Source of the DNA: Heptranchias perlo
Lineage: Eukaryota
Assembly (NCBI RefSeq): GCF_035084215.1
Contig: NC_090336.1
Span: 23,622,001 to 23,686,000 of the forward strand
Direction of reading: 5' to 3'
DNA: 64,000 nt
Part shown: piece by piece, positions 27,101 to 37,090 of the stretch
How positions within the stretch are numbered: position 1 is the stretch's first letter
Layout of the letters: each line of letters starts with the position of its first letter
The notes under the pieces: generated by a model
What the model saw: only the letters and a program-made list of their open reading frames with translations
Database searches by the model: none
Told to the model about the DNA's origin: nothing
Translations under genes and position numbers: made by a program

Positions 27101-29595
27101 AGTTGCCACAACTGCCACTTTTCAAAGATATATCGGAGACTTCTCACCAATGGCCCAACAGCAGACGACCAATCCGGACTATGCTCCCAACCATCTCCAA
27201 GGCTGGAATCAGAAGCAAAATACTATGGATGCTGGAAACCTGAAATAGAAACAGAAAATGCTGGAGAAGCTCAGCAAGTCAGGCACCATCTGTGGAGAAA
27301 GAAACAAAGTTAATGTTTCAGGTTGAAGACCTTTCGCCAGTTCTGATGAAAGATCTTCGACCTGAAACATTAACTGTTTCTTTCTCCACAGATAGTGCCT
27401 CACTTGCTGAGCTTCTCCAGCATTTTCTGTTTTTACCTCCACGGTGGAGGCTGCCTCATTATGGTGGACAGAATGAGGACGAGCTGCTCTCTCTGTAAGA
27501 AACTCCTTCTTCATCACCAAGCCTTGAGCTGCCGTGCCATCTCTGGAACATGCTCAACCGTTTTAAATGTGGGGTGGGAAGGTGTATGGTAAATGACCAT
27601 ACCTGAGGACTCGGGAATGTCCGTCTGTGTAGCCGTGGTGCAGCTGAGGATGCCGCACATCTACTGAATGGCTTCTCAGTTCATGCTGGTCTACCAGGAG
27701 GACTTACCAGACTCCACAATGCTGACCCCACGGCTACTAAATGGCTAAAGTGGGTATGATGCCTACCTAAGCCCCTTGACACTTTTTACATTTTTGACTT
27801 ACTTCCTAATTTATGGTTTGTGTTCTGAATTTTTCCCCCCCAATCTTTATTGTACCACTTTTGCATTCTCAAATAATTTCTCTCTATTGATAAGTAATCT
27901 CCATGATTATCAGTTTTCTGATTATTCATCTTGCAATCTCTCCCTAATCATTGATCTGTAATCTTTCTCTAATTATCGACTAAGAACTCCTTTCTGATTA
28001 CTGATCACTAACCTCTTATTACTGATGTGATCACTTTCTCTCCCCAATTATTGATCTGTAATCTGTGCTCATCTAACTTTCATTATGAATCATTTATCTC
28101 TTAATCAGTAATCATTCTGATTAACAGTTAACACTAGTCATCTGATTATGGATCAATAATTTGTGATTATCACTCTCCGATTATTGAACTCGGCAATTAT
28201 TAGCCTCTGATAATCAATCATTAATCTTACTCCAATTATTGATCATTAATATTTGTGATTTTCAGTCTGCCTCAAGAAACAGGAGAATGTGGTGGGCATC
28301 CCACATGATCTCCAAATTACGGCTGAGTTCCACCATTAGGGGTTGATTGTTAACCTGGACATGCTAACCAACACACATTACCTGCTACGGTTTGGACCAT
28401 AGAAAAGTCAGTCTGCTTATAAACCATCTTTTTTTGCTGTAAACAAATTCAGAAAAGCCCAAACTATAACAACACATTGTGATTATTGATCAGAAAGTGA
28501 CCTCTCTCTTACTATTGATGAGTATTCACTCTCTCTCTGATCAGTAACAAAAACAACTGCACTTCATCAGCTTCAAAACTTCCCCAGAAACGTGGCAAGG
28601 CACTATACAAATGCTGGTACTTTTTTTTCCCCTCTGATTATTGGTTACTAATCTCTTTCTCACTATTGATCAGCGATCGCTCTGATTACTTATCAGTGAC
28701 CTCTCGCTCTCGAACTGATCAATAACCTCTCTCTGATGATAACTGATCAATAACCTCTCTCTGATGATAACTGATCAATAACCTCTCTCTGATGATAACT
28801 GATCAATAACCTCTCTCTGATGATAACTGATCAATAACCTCTCTCTGATGATAACTGATCAATAACCTCTCTCTGATGATAACTGATCAATAACCTCTCT
28901 CTGATGATAACTGATCAATAACCTCTCTCTGATGATAACTGATCAATAACCTCTCTCTGATGATAACTGATCAATAACCTCTCTCTGATGATAACTGATC
29001 AATAACCTCTCTCTGATGATAACTGATCAATAATCTCTGATGATAACTGATCAATAACCTCTCTCTGATGATAACTGATCAATAACCTCTCTCTGATGAT
29101 AACTGATCAATAACCTCTCTCTGATGATAACTGATCAATAACCTCTCTCTGATGATAACTGATCAATAACCTCTCTCTGATGATAACTGATCAATAATCT
29201 CTGATGATAACTGATCAATAATCTCTGATGATAACTGATCAATAACCTCTCTCTGATGATAACTGATCAATAACCTCTCTCTGATGATAACTGATCAATA
29301 ATCTCTGATGATAACTGATCAATAATCTCTGATGATAACTGATCAATAACCTCTCTCTGATGATAACTGATCAATAACCTCTCTCTGATTACTGTTGAAG
29401 TGCCAGTCTTACCGTAGCCTCCTGCCCCGCGTAGTGCCCGATCACTCGGGCGCCTCCCGGGTGCCTTTTGCTGAACTCGCTGATATCATAGACCTTCCTG
29501 TGGATCACCAGCCAGCGGTCGGTGCGGGTGCAGTGCTTCTGCACTTCCTCCCAGGTAAAGAGCCCGTCCCGACCCAACTCCGTACTCGAGCCCAT
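2130..29595 (-). CDS. fads1: Fatty acid desaturase 1 (delta-5-type front-end desaturase), spliced exons 1-9; the 3' end is not in the window
   Basis: Nine exons of 183,111,198,102,129,61,77,98,97 nt join in frame. They contain the cytochrome b5 HPGG motif, His boxes HDFGH and HFQHH, and FADS1-type segments ([40 protein letters not shown]). The gene is divergent from fads2. Confidence 0.95.
2455..3450 (-). mobile_element. 5'-truncated CR1 LINE (RT C-terminus and 3' UTR), decayed
   Basis: ORF fragments [24 protein letters not shown] and [17 protein letters not shown]; CR1 3' UTR ends near 2455. Confidence 0.9.
5026..5123 (-). CDS. fads1: fads1 exon 8 ([33 protein letters not shown])
   Basis: ttcacag|GAC ... 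GTGAG|gtgggg; 98 nt. Confidence 0.95.
7132..7208 (-). CDS. fads1: fads1 exon 7 ([26 protein letters not shown])
   Basis: ctcacag|TT ... GTG|gtgagt; 77 nt. Confidence 0.95.
7310..7676. repeat. C-rich minisatellite, ~20-bp unit CACCTCCCCCATCACTCCCG with variants
   Basis: Tandem units are directly visible and explain the Pro/His-rich ORFs at 7275 and 7288. Confidence 0.95.
8560..8960 (+). mobile_element. Unclassified SINE-like interspersed repeat (related copies near 5170-5370, 6830-7040, 13650-14040, 31730-32000, 56940-57300, 58150-58560, 59530-59710)
   Basis: Shared motifs (GGTTCAA, GGGAGGGGAAAATCAG, GGAAAGTGC, GAATGGCC..GGCGAGGTACC) recur in both orientations across the window. Boundaries are approximate. 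Confidence 0.55.
9970..10790 (-). mobile_element. 5'-truncated CR1 LINE, decayed
   Basis: Fragments [30 protein letters not shown] and [14 protein letters not shown], followed by a CR1 3' UTR. Confidence 0.9.
11359..11419 (-). CDS. fads1: fads1 exon 6 ([20 protein letters not shown])
   Basis: cccag|GTG ... CTGA|gtaagt; 61 nt. Confidence 0.95.
11636..12735. repeat. GC-rich minisatellite, 35-bp unit CCCACCGCACCCGACCAGTAACCCCCGCCCTCCTG (~30 copies), followed by a C-rich low-complexity tract to ~13140
   Basis: Period 35 seen directly (e.g. 11881 vs 11916). It explains the three long Gly-rich minus-strand ORFs. Confidence 0.97.
13327..13455 (-). CDS. fads1: fads1 exon 5 ([43 protein letters not shown])
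   Basis: taaag|GGT ... GAG|gcaagt (GC donor); 129 nt; contains the second His box. Confidence 0.93.
14135..14830. repeat. Minisatellite with 42-bp and 45-bp units (GGCATTGGGTCACTGTACAGTATAGGAAAAACTACAGGAGTC)
   Basis: Period 42 (14305 vs 14347), switching to 45-bp variants after ~14520. Confidence 0.95.
15398..15499 (-). CDS. fads1: fads1 exon 4 ([34 protein letters not shown])
   Basis: ttgcag|GCG ... AAG|gtgggt; 102 nt; contains the first His box HDFGH. Confidence 0.96.
16002..16199 (-). CDS. fads1: fads1 exon 3 ([16 protein letters not shown]...LLGTMQ)
   Basis: ctctcag|AAA ... CAG|gtgggt; 198 nt. Confidence 0.95.
16470..16672 (-). mobile_element. Deu-domain SINE (SacSINE1/AmnSINE-like) 3' fragment; related copies ~30390-30540 (-), ~31525-31730 (-), ~54600-54915 (+)
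   Basis: Minus strand contains TGCTGTGCACAAATTGGCTGCC and TTCATTGGCTGTAAAGTGCTTTGGGACGTC..GAAAGGCGCTGTGTAAATG, which I recognise as Deu-SINE-like sequence. Confidence 0.7.
16728..16838 (-). CDS. fads1: fads1 exon 2 ([37 protein letters not shown])
   Basis: cccttag|GAT ... AAT|gtgagt; 111 nt. Confidence 0.96.
17742..18620. repeat. ~505-bp tandem duplication; each copy is a unique ~165-bp block followed by a G-rich ~31-bp minisatellite
   Basis: GATCAGAGTGAAAAGTAAGGTC.. at 17742 recurs at 18247. Unit GGGAGAGTCAGGAGGGAGCTGGCAGCAGGAA has period 31. Confidence 0.9.
19011..19464. repeat. Near-perfect 27-bp minisatellite ACTGTGGTGTGACTGGGTCTGAAGGGC (~17 copies)
   Basis: Identical tandem units are directly visible. 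Confidence 0.98.
20548..20900 (+). mobile_element. 3'-end fragment of the tRNA-headed LINE family
   Basis: Near-identical to 52618-52970 ([28 protein letters not shown]...CATCCCATGAACGAAT). Confidence 0.92.
21980..25640. repeat. Degenerate AT-rich satellite built on CTGATTATTGATCAGT; homogeneous core at 22570-23830 of interleaved 25-bp and 27-bp units
   Basis: Units GATTTCTATCTGATTATTGATCAGT and GACCTCCTTGAATGAATACTGATCAGT alternate. The flanks are decayed versions, and the ORF track is empty here. Confidence 0.92.
27213..27437. mobile_element. Penelope-type inverted-repeat (hairpin) remnant inserted in the Vingi-like LINE
   Basis: AAACAGAAAATGCTGGAGAAGCTCAGCAAGTCAGGCA..TCTGTGGAGAAAGAAACA is mirrored by TGTTTCTTTCTCCACAGA..TGCCTCACTTGCTGAGCTTCTCCAGCATTTTCTGTTT. 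The centre carries a hammerhead core. Confidence 0.75.
27338..27376 (+). ncRNA. Minimal type I hammerhead ribozyme motif (probably decayed)
   Basis: CAGTT-CTGATGA-A-AGATC-TTC-GACCT-GAAAC-ATT-AACTG. Stem I (CAGTT/AACTG) is perfect, the cores CUGAUGA and GAAA are intact, and stem II has one mismatch. Confidence 0.65.
27830..28712. repeat. Continuation of the degenerate TGATCA satellite after the LINE insertion
   Basis: The same ATTATTGATC/CTCTGATTA motifs resume after ~27830. Confidence 0.75.
28713..29390. repeat. Homogeneous 28-bp minisatellite AACTGATCAATAACCTCTCTCTGATGAT (with 24-bp variants) abutting the fads1 exon 1 donor
   Basis: Period 28 (28741 vs 28769). The array ends ~22 nt from the donor site. 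Confidence 0.97.
29413..29595 (-). CDS. fads1: fads1 exon 1, cytochrome b5 domain N-part ([21 protein letters not shown]...HPGG...GQEAT)
   Basis: ATG at 29595, HPGG heme motif, ACG|gtaaga donor; 183 nt. Confidence 0.95.
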
Positions 29596-29789
29596 CGCTT
29601 CGAGCCCAGACAGTAGCTTCAACCCCTTTCCCCCCCTTCCCGGGGCTGCGCCTCAACCTCTCCCCGCTTTGCCCTCACTCCCTGCCCGGGGCTGTAGTCT
29701 CCTGGCTCCCTGCCTAAATTTCCTACCCCTTCTCTCTCCACACTCAGACTCTCCAATTTCAGTAACACATCCAGCGGCTGGCGGCTAGC

Positions 29790-30065
29790 CACCGCCCCTG
29801 AAGGCGGGATCTAGCGACTGGGAAACCTATTGGACAGTTTCCATATCAATCACAACCATTTCCTATAGCGATTGGTTCACGTATCCGTCAATCATAAGCG
29901 CGGTCCTCGCTGTGCTATTGATATATATCCTGGGGGGGTCTTAATCAAGCGATGTCCAAATGCTATTGGTTAATAGAAGCGTCAATCGGCCAAATCCTGA
30001 TTTTTATTGGTTTATTTGCAGCATCACCGACTCTCACGCGGTTCGGGACATGTCTTTGATTGGTC
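29790..30065 (-). promoter_or_regulatory. fads1 proximal promoter with five CCAAT (NF-Y) boxes and a GC box
   Basis: ATTGG on + (CCAAT on the gene strand) at ~29829, 29871, 29965, 30006 and 30059; GGCGGG near 29803; locally CpG-rich. Confidence 0.65.
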
Positions 30066-33039
30066 GCTGCATGGACATCAGATGTAGTGAATGGGCTAGA
30101 GGATGAATGAAGTGGGAGACACTCCTCCCTGCTGGGTGAGGTTGGGGGAAGAGTTTAAATGATTCATATCAGGTTCAGTCAGGTTGCAAGGAGTCTGAGA
30201 CAGGGTTACTTGAGGGAGATTCAGATACTAAGAACAGAAGGTCTGAAAGAGCCACATAACAGCATCTGGCTTTGGTAGAAAAGATTACTCCCAGAAATTA
30301 GCAAGGGAAATACTGAGATCTGACAGATTAGAAGTAGATCATACGGAATTTAATATTGTGTCGCCTTTTCACTACCTCTGCAGAAGGAAGACTTACATTT
30401 ATATCGCACTAGATTACATCCCTCAGAGATGTCGCAATGTGCTTCACATATAATAAATTACTTTGAAGCAGAATAACTTTTCCTCCGAATGCACCAGCCA
30501 TTTTGTCACAGCAAGATCCCACAAACAAAAGTGAGATCGTACATGTCAATCTAGAAAACTAAGAATAGCTGGAAATCACCCCACCCCAAAGCTGACGACT
30601 GAAGAGCAGCATTAATTATAAGCCAATGATTTGTGAAAACAAGTAGTTACATGGGATTTGTAGCTTAAAATAAAAATTGTAAATGCTGGAAATCTGAAAT
30701 AAAAATCCGGTGTTATAAATACACAGTAGGTCAAGAGAACAAAAACACATTATGATGTTTCAGGTGTGTACCCTTCAACAGACTGAAAACTGAAAGGCAG
30801 AGAGGCATTTTAGTAAGGTTGGAAATTTGAGGACATACATGGGAGAAGGGAGAGGAAGGAAGGAGAAATCAACAGATACACTAATGACAGGGAAGGAGTG
30901 AATCAGCTAAATGACTTGCAAACTGTTTAATAGAAAAACTTGGATAATATAAAATATTAATTAGATGATGCAGAGACATAAAAATGGACAAAAGAATATG
31001 CAAATAATCAATGGTGAAAAGACAGGTCAGATCCATGTACAACGAAAGCATAAGTAATAAAAGAGACAATAAAAAAAAGAAAAAACAAGCTGCAAATGTA
31101 GCAGATATGAGATTAAACAGAAAATGCAAGTGAAACAGTCACAAGATGACAATTAAACATGCTCAGACCCCACCAGCTCTGTGTTCTTCAGAAAGGTCCA
31201 CACCCCAAATGCCAACCTGCCTCTCCTGCCCCCAGACACTGGCAGACCCGCCCCACATTGCATCAATATGAAGGGTGTAGTTAAGGTCTGAAGTTACTAA
31301 AGTCACTGTTCATGAATTTATGCTGACAATCATCTCCCTTCATTTACTGCTGGCACTCTCCTGTCCCACTCCCTCTAACGAGATGCTGGCGATACTCTTG
31401 TTTCCTCCACCCCAAAAAGCCAATCCCATTTTTATGTCTCTGCATCATCCAATCCCAGTATCTCCATTCTTCTCCTCCAAGGCACCACTAAGAGACTCTG
31501 TCCCCTTCTCCCCTTCATTTCCCTTTGCATTTATATAGCACCTTTTACAACCTCAGGACGTCTCATTGCACTTTACAGCCAATTAATTATTTTTGCAGCG
31601 CAGTCAATATTGTAATGTAAGAAACACAGCAGCCAATTTGCGCACAGCAAGGTCCCACAAACGGCAATGAGATCATGACCAGATAATCTGTTTTAGCGAT
31701 GTTGATTGAGGGATAAATATTGGGCAGGACACATAGACAGTGAGCATCAGCAGACTATTCAATTGTGAGAGACATCACAAACAAGCCCAATTCTGTCCTT
31801 ACCCCACATCCATAAGTCTACTTTCCAGCAGTGGTCACTGGATAAGGATCAGGAGCAGGATCTCTGCCTAATTTTAATGTCCCCAATTGTAATGTCCCCA
31901 TTGCCACCTTGCCTCAGATCAGCTAATTCAGTATGAACCTGGGACTTTCTGGTGTGTATTGCTCAGTCATACTTGCCTTTACCAGCCATGCATTAGGACA
32001 AGAAGTTAATTGCATCCTCCCTCTCTTAATTTCTATCCTCCTTCCTTATTTATCTTTCAGACAGGCAATTTTAATTTAAATTGGTATGATTTGGTGTAAG
32101 GTCATTTTTAAGCCTGCCTTTAATTAGTAACATCATAACACCTGATTGTCATAAAATTAAAATATTGTAGTCTGAAACTTTATTTTATTGGGCTCCTTCA
32201 AATCTGAAAATTATTACAACACTCTTCTCTTTTTTTTACTGTCTCCAATCTGGGCTGGTCCCATGTCTGGGACTGTAATGCATTTAATTAGTGCTATTAT
32301 TAGACTAACCATGTGTCCTGAGCAGCTTATATTAAATAAAACTCCTAGTTAAGGGGAGGGTAGAGAGAGAGAGATTCTGTTTGGGAGAGGCAGAGAGAAA
32401 CAGAGGAAGAGAGAGAAGGAGACCCTATTTGGCAGAGGGAGTGAGAGAGAGATGCTGTTGATGTAGGGTAGTGGGGCACGAAGTCTCAGACTCCAGATAT
32501 GAAGGCCTGCATTTCATACACACACACAGAATATCATTTTTACAAGTATTTCATATATTTTAATTGTAACCCAGAATTTACAGTTTGTGATATTAGTACA
32601 CAGATGTTTAACATGATTGTACATAATTTCTTTGTCTACTATTTTAATGGAGGCATTAACTCATTAAATAAAGTTGTTAAGATGGCAGACAGAGACATGT
32701 TATACAAATATATTAACATGTAACATCTGCCCCAGTGTCTCACCTGTCTGACATTAGACCCGAGGCTTCCTCTCAGACACATGACTCCCATACCTGGCCC
32801 TATGCACCCAATGCTGGTTCTGTGTCTCACCCTCTTCCTGTTCAGGAAGACATGGCAGCTGGGAGAGGTAAAATGTTGTGCATTGCCCTGCGCAATGGCA
32901 GACCAATAATACCAATCCATTCCCACTTATGTATAGATCATCATGTTCCCCATGTTCTCTTCCAGTCCTTTCTTTGCTGCCTGTCCAGACCTCCCTCTGC
33001 CAATGTACTGTAAGTTAATGAGTTATCTTAATAACAGTT

Positions 33040-33530
33040 TTTTGCTGCAGACTTTCACAATGCGAGGAAGACTGTTGATCCTTTCCTTGGGTCTCCTGCT
33101 CTGCTTGTCGATAGCAACCCGGGTCTCCCACTGGTATGTATTAAGTAGGTCCCTTAGAACCCTTCCAGCTGCTTCCTCCCTTTCAGTCAATTCCTTATCC
33201 TCTTCCAAGTTTTAACTAGGATACCCAGCTTATGTTGCATCCTTTAATGCAGACATTTATCCAAGGTTTTCTGGAACTCCAATACACTCTACATCATAGG
33301 GCTTTCCAACGTCCAATTGGGATGTCACTTCCTGAAAAAAGTCATGGAGGTTGACAAGGCTGGATCCCCCACACCTCCCCCCTCTTCTGAAATTAAGTTG
33401 GCTTCTATTTATTTTATTTTATATAGCTGATCCTCAAACTTTTTCCTAACAATCAATTCCATCATTTTGCCATTTAACACACCTTTCATTGTTAAACAGC
33501 CTTTCCTCCATCTCCTTCAAGCAATGCCAA
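33040..33530 (-). mobile_element. Old CR1 RT fragment
   Basis: Minus-strand remnants of W.NDGI, G.DPALS..F and DR..RRP..RINSLP; heavily decayed. Confidence 0.5.
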
Positions 33531-33989
33531 AAGAAATCCGCTAGTAAATATAAAATAGGGAAATGTTTTGCTAAAGTTGGTAAAGTTTCTACTACAAAAT
33601 TCTCAACTGCTTGATTTCCCCTCCCTCTGAGTTCAGAGATAAAAAGTTACATTTTAGCAATCTGTATAAATTCTCAAATATTCAATTTTGCCCTCTCTCT
33701 CATTTTACAGGCACAGAAAGTTACACTTTAAACAATGTTTCAGTTTTGAGTTACATGACGTGATCCATCTACAGAGAAACCTTTTAATGTAATAAATTAC
33801 TGATTATCATTTCTGAAGTTATATAAGGCTGCACATTCTTAACTAAAAGATATACTTCCTCCCCCCCGCCCAAATTTAGGCTCATACCATTGGTTTAAAC
33901 ACCGAAACATATTTTATATTAGTCTACACAACTCTGAAGCTAATTCTAGATTGTTTTGTTCAGAGCTTTTTAACAATTTAAAAGTCAAA

Positions 33990-34470
33990 CAGAATCATTG
34001 GGTTCAGTTTCCTCATTATGGGAAGGATATAAAAGCAATGAAAAAGGTGTGTGTAAATTCGCTGGGTAAGTTACAGTTCTGATGAGAGACTTGATTAGAT
34101 CATTTTTCACTGAAGCTGAGAAAGTTAAACGGGACCAAGATTACAAAGGGTTATGATAAGGTAAATAGATTGTTTTCATTGGTTGGCAAAGTGATAACAA
34201 GAGAGCACAATTTTAAGATTATCGCAAAAAGAATTAAAGGGGAAGTTAAAAGAGTGTTAACACAGTGAGTAATAAGAATGTGGAATTCTGTGCCACAAAC
34301 TGTTGCTGAAGCAGAGAAAATAAATTCTTTTAAAATCATAAGTTGCTTGAAAAAGAGGACTATTATAGGATATGGGGAATGAGCAGGCGAATGGGATTAG
34401 ACCAGATGACTCGTGGAGAAAAACACCAGTGTGGACTTGAATGGTTTGCTTCTGTGCTGTAACATTCTGT
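33990..34470 (+). mobile_element. Old CR1 3'-end fragment
   Basis: Remnants of QFPHYGKDI, TREHNFKII and VIRMWNSVPQ, plus a CR1-like 3' UTR. Confidence 0.7.
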
Positions 34471-35057
34471 GGAAAAAAAATAAAGGTTGTGTTTTTCCAT
34501 CTGCCAAAAGGCCCATTTTACATCTCACTGAAATCACAGCCCGTTGTCAGCACCCAGTATTATAACCTGGGAGATTTATGTGTCCAAGTCATGATTTTCT
34601 TTTGTATAACCTAGGCTTTATGTTATTGATATGACTATGGTCAGTGTCTCTCTAAATTCTTTTGTTCTTTCTTAGCTCAAAATATGCCATCTCACATGCT
34701 CTTGCTCCTCCATACATATTCACTGTTTTGAAATCAAGATTTCTCGCACCATCTCTTATTCTAACTCATGTTTCCCAATATTTCAACACTGTGGAATTGC
34801 TTGCTTAGTCTAGATTTCCTCCTACAATCTACTTCCTGAGTTATCTCATCCTCTCTTCTACTCTATTGACTCCACTTGATGGCATCCTGCATTATGGACC
34901 TTTCACCAAGGTCTCTCTTAAAAAAAACATAATGATTTGGTTTACATCAGAAGAATCTCTTTTATTTCCAGGAACAGAGTGGGCATCACATTCCATTACT
35001 TCCAAGTGGCTGCTCACATTGTTGTGAAATGGGGTGGAACCCAATTTTAAGCAAACA

Positions 35058-35620
35058 TGGTAGTGTAGTGGTAATGTTACTGGGCTAATAATCCAGAGAA
35101 CTATGAGTTCAAATCCCAACATGGCAGCTTGAGAACTTGAATGCAGTTTAAAAAATATATAAATTTGGAAATAAAAAGCTGGTAGCAGTAAAAGTGTCCA
35201 TGAAGCTGTTGGATTGTCATAAAAACCCAGCTGGTTCACTAATGTCCTTAAGGGAAGGCAACCTGCCATCATTATCTGGTCTGGCCAGATGTGACTCCAG
35301 TCCCACACCAATGTGGTTGACTCTTAATTGCCCTCTGAAGTGGCCTAGCAAGCCACTCAATTATATTAATCCATGACAAAGAATAAGGAGAATGAAACCA
35401 GATGGACCACTCGGCTGCAACCTGGGCATCAAACTAGGACACAACGAAGGCACTACCAGCCCAGTCGACCCTGCAAAGTCTTCCTCACTAACATCTGGGG
35501 AATGGTCCTAAAATTGGGAGAGCTGTCCCACAGACTAGTCAAGCAACAGCCGGACAGTCATACTCACAGAAGCATAATTATCAGCCAATGTCCCAGACTC
35601 CTCCATCACTATCATTGAGT
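35058..35620 (+). mobile_element. 5' fragment of the tRNA-headed LINE family (head plus ORF start)
   Basis: Collinear with 49654-50240 (TAGTGTAGTGGTAATGTTACTGGGCTAATAATCCAGAG..GAGTTCAAATCCC..KLGELSHRLVKQQPD). Confidence 0.88.
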
Positions 35621-36205
35621 AAGTCATGTCATTAGGAAAATAGGATTGACTGCCTACCTGAGTGAAATAAAATGAAACTCTCAATATCCTCAAGTCTCCT
35701 GCGGTCCTCCTGATAAAATTAAGAACCAGGAAAGGAGGACACCTTTCCCAAATTCTTTGATGCAGCATATATTCCACCGACAATGGAGACTATTACAATC
35801 ACACCGGATCGATCCTTCAGGATGGTGCTTGATTTAAGTGTTGACTAAATACTGAAAGTCTCTGATAACACACTAAACTAAGTAGCTCTCATCAAATCCT
35901 CCAACACTAAAGCCAGCCCGTGTAAATGGTACACCCCCACTATACCGGCACGGAGAGTCCTAGCACAGTAAGTGCTTGTGGATCTCATGGCACATCCTGT
36001 AATTAATCTCCATGTTGAAACGGCATCCACTGCACATCACTCAGCAGCTTGCTTAATATCAGTTTCCCCACTAATCCCCCGATCCCTTGTCCTGCAAGCC
36101 CACTCCCGAGCATTTTTAGGCTGTCCTGACAACCTCTCTCTCCCTCTTTCCCTTCTCCTCCTCCTCTCTCCCTGTCTGCTCTCCTCCCATCTCCATCCTC
36201 CCTTT

Positions 36206-36953
36206 TGTAAGAATATTGGAAATAGGGAAAAAATGACATCTTTTTCTTAATGCTACTAACCATCATGCTCTGCAGGTTGTGCTGCATATTTTGCTGAGTG
36301 TGTGGCTTATTTTGCTGAATTGTAAACTGTTAACTTTTGACTAGTGACTGACCCTTGTTACCCTCATTGTGAGGCAAGGCAGCTATGTGGTAAAAGAGGA
36401 ACAATGACCCAAAAAGCAGAACACTAACCCAAAGATAACGATAAGACCAGGACAATGATGAGATAGCTAGACGAGTGCGGTCAAATAAACTGGCCACCTT
36501 GAAAAAAAACATTTCAAAGGGTCTTATGGTTAGATGAGTAATGCTTAAACAAGTTGTCCATCTTGAATTCTTTGAAAAACAACCTTGTTCATTTATAAGG
36601 GCCTTATGAATATTATTCCATATATGGTGTGAGGTTCCTGCCGGGGAGACATAAAAACCCAATGTATTCTGAGCTCAGGGCAGAGGAATCAGTGAAATTC
36701 ACCCAGCTGTCAGAAGTACACCTATCTGTCTGAAGGTAACACCATTGTCAGAAGAACACCCAGCTGTCAGAAGGACACCTGACTGTCGGAAAACAACCAT
36801 GTCACCAAATTAATTACAAACTCTGCCCAGAGATTAAATGGGATAATATTGTTTTGATCTTTATTGTCTAATATTCGATACCTTTACATGTTTGATTTGA
36901 CTAAATAAATGAGACATTGATTACCATTTGGTGTCATATCCGAATCTGTTATA
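36206..36953 (+). repeat. 5' LTR (~748 bp)
   Basis: Homologous to 49253-49649 plus 52985-53282. TATA-like CATAAAAA at ~36650, AATAAA at 36904, ~19-bp CAGCTGTCAGAAG repeats at 36700-36790; ends TGTTATA (the 3' LTR ends TGTTACA). Confidence 0.92.
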
Positions 36954-36956
36954 AAT

Positions 36957-36974
36957 TGGCGAGCCAGCCAGGAG
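36957..36974 (+). promoter_or_regulatory. Primer-binding site complementary to the 3' end of tRNA-Arg(ACG)
   Basis: TGGCGAGCCAGCCAGGAG lies 3 nt after the LTR and is the reverse complement of the vertebrate tRNA-Arg(ACG) end ..CTCCTGGCTGGCTCG-CCA. Confidence 0.88.
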
Positions 36975-37090
36975 GTGACTAATCAATGTTCCGTGTTGAC
37001 ATCTAAAGGAAAATACATTTAAATATTGACAGGCGATCACAAAAAACATGAATTGTTCAAATTCCGCAAGTGAGGTTTTGTTTAATATAA

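Larger units (their letters stand above)
25650..27760 (+). mobile_element. Decayed non-LTR retrotransposon RT region, Ingi/Vingi-like
   Basis: Frame-broken motifs [70 protein letters not shown] and a C-terminal [13 protein letters not shown]. The clade call is from memory of motif style. Confidence 0.7.

Noticed and set aside
29596-29622. N-terminal extension of Fads1 suggested by the ORF track (start 29622)
   Set aside because: That start is a TTG. The first ATG is at 29595 and gives a normal-length b5 domain exon.
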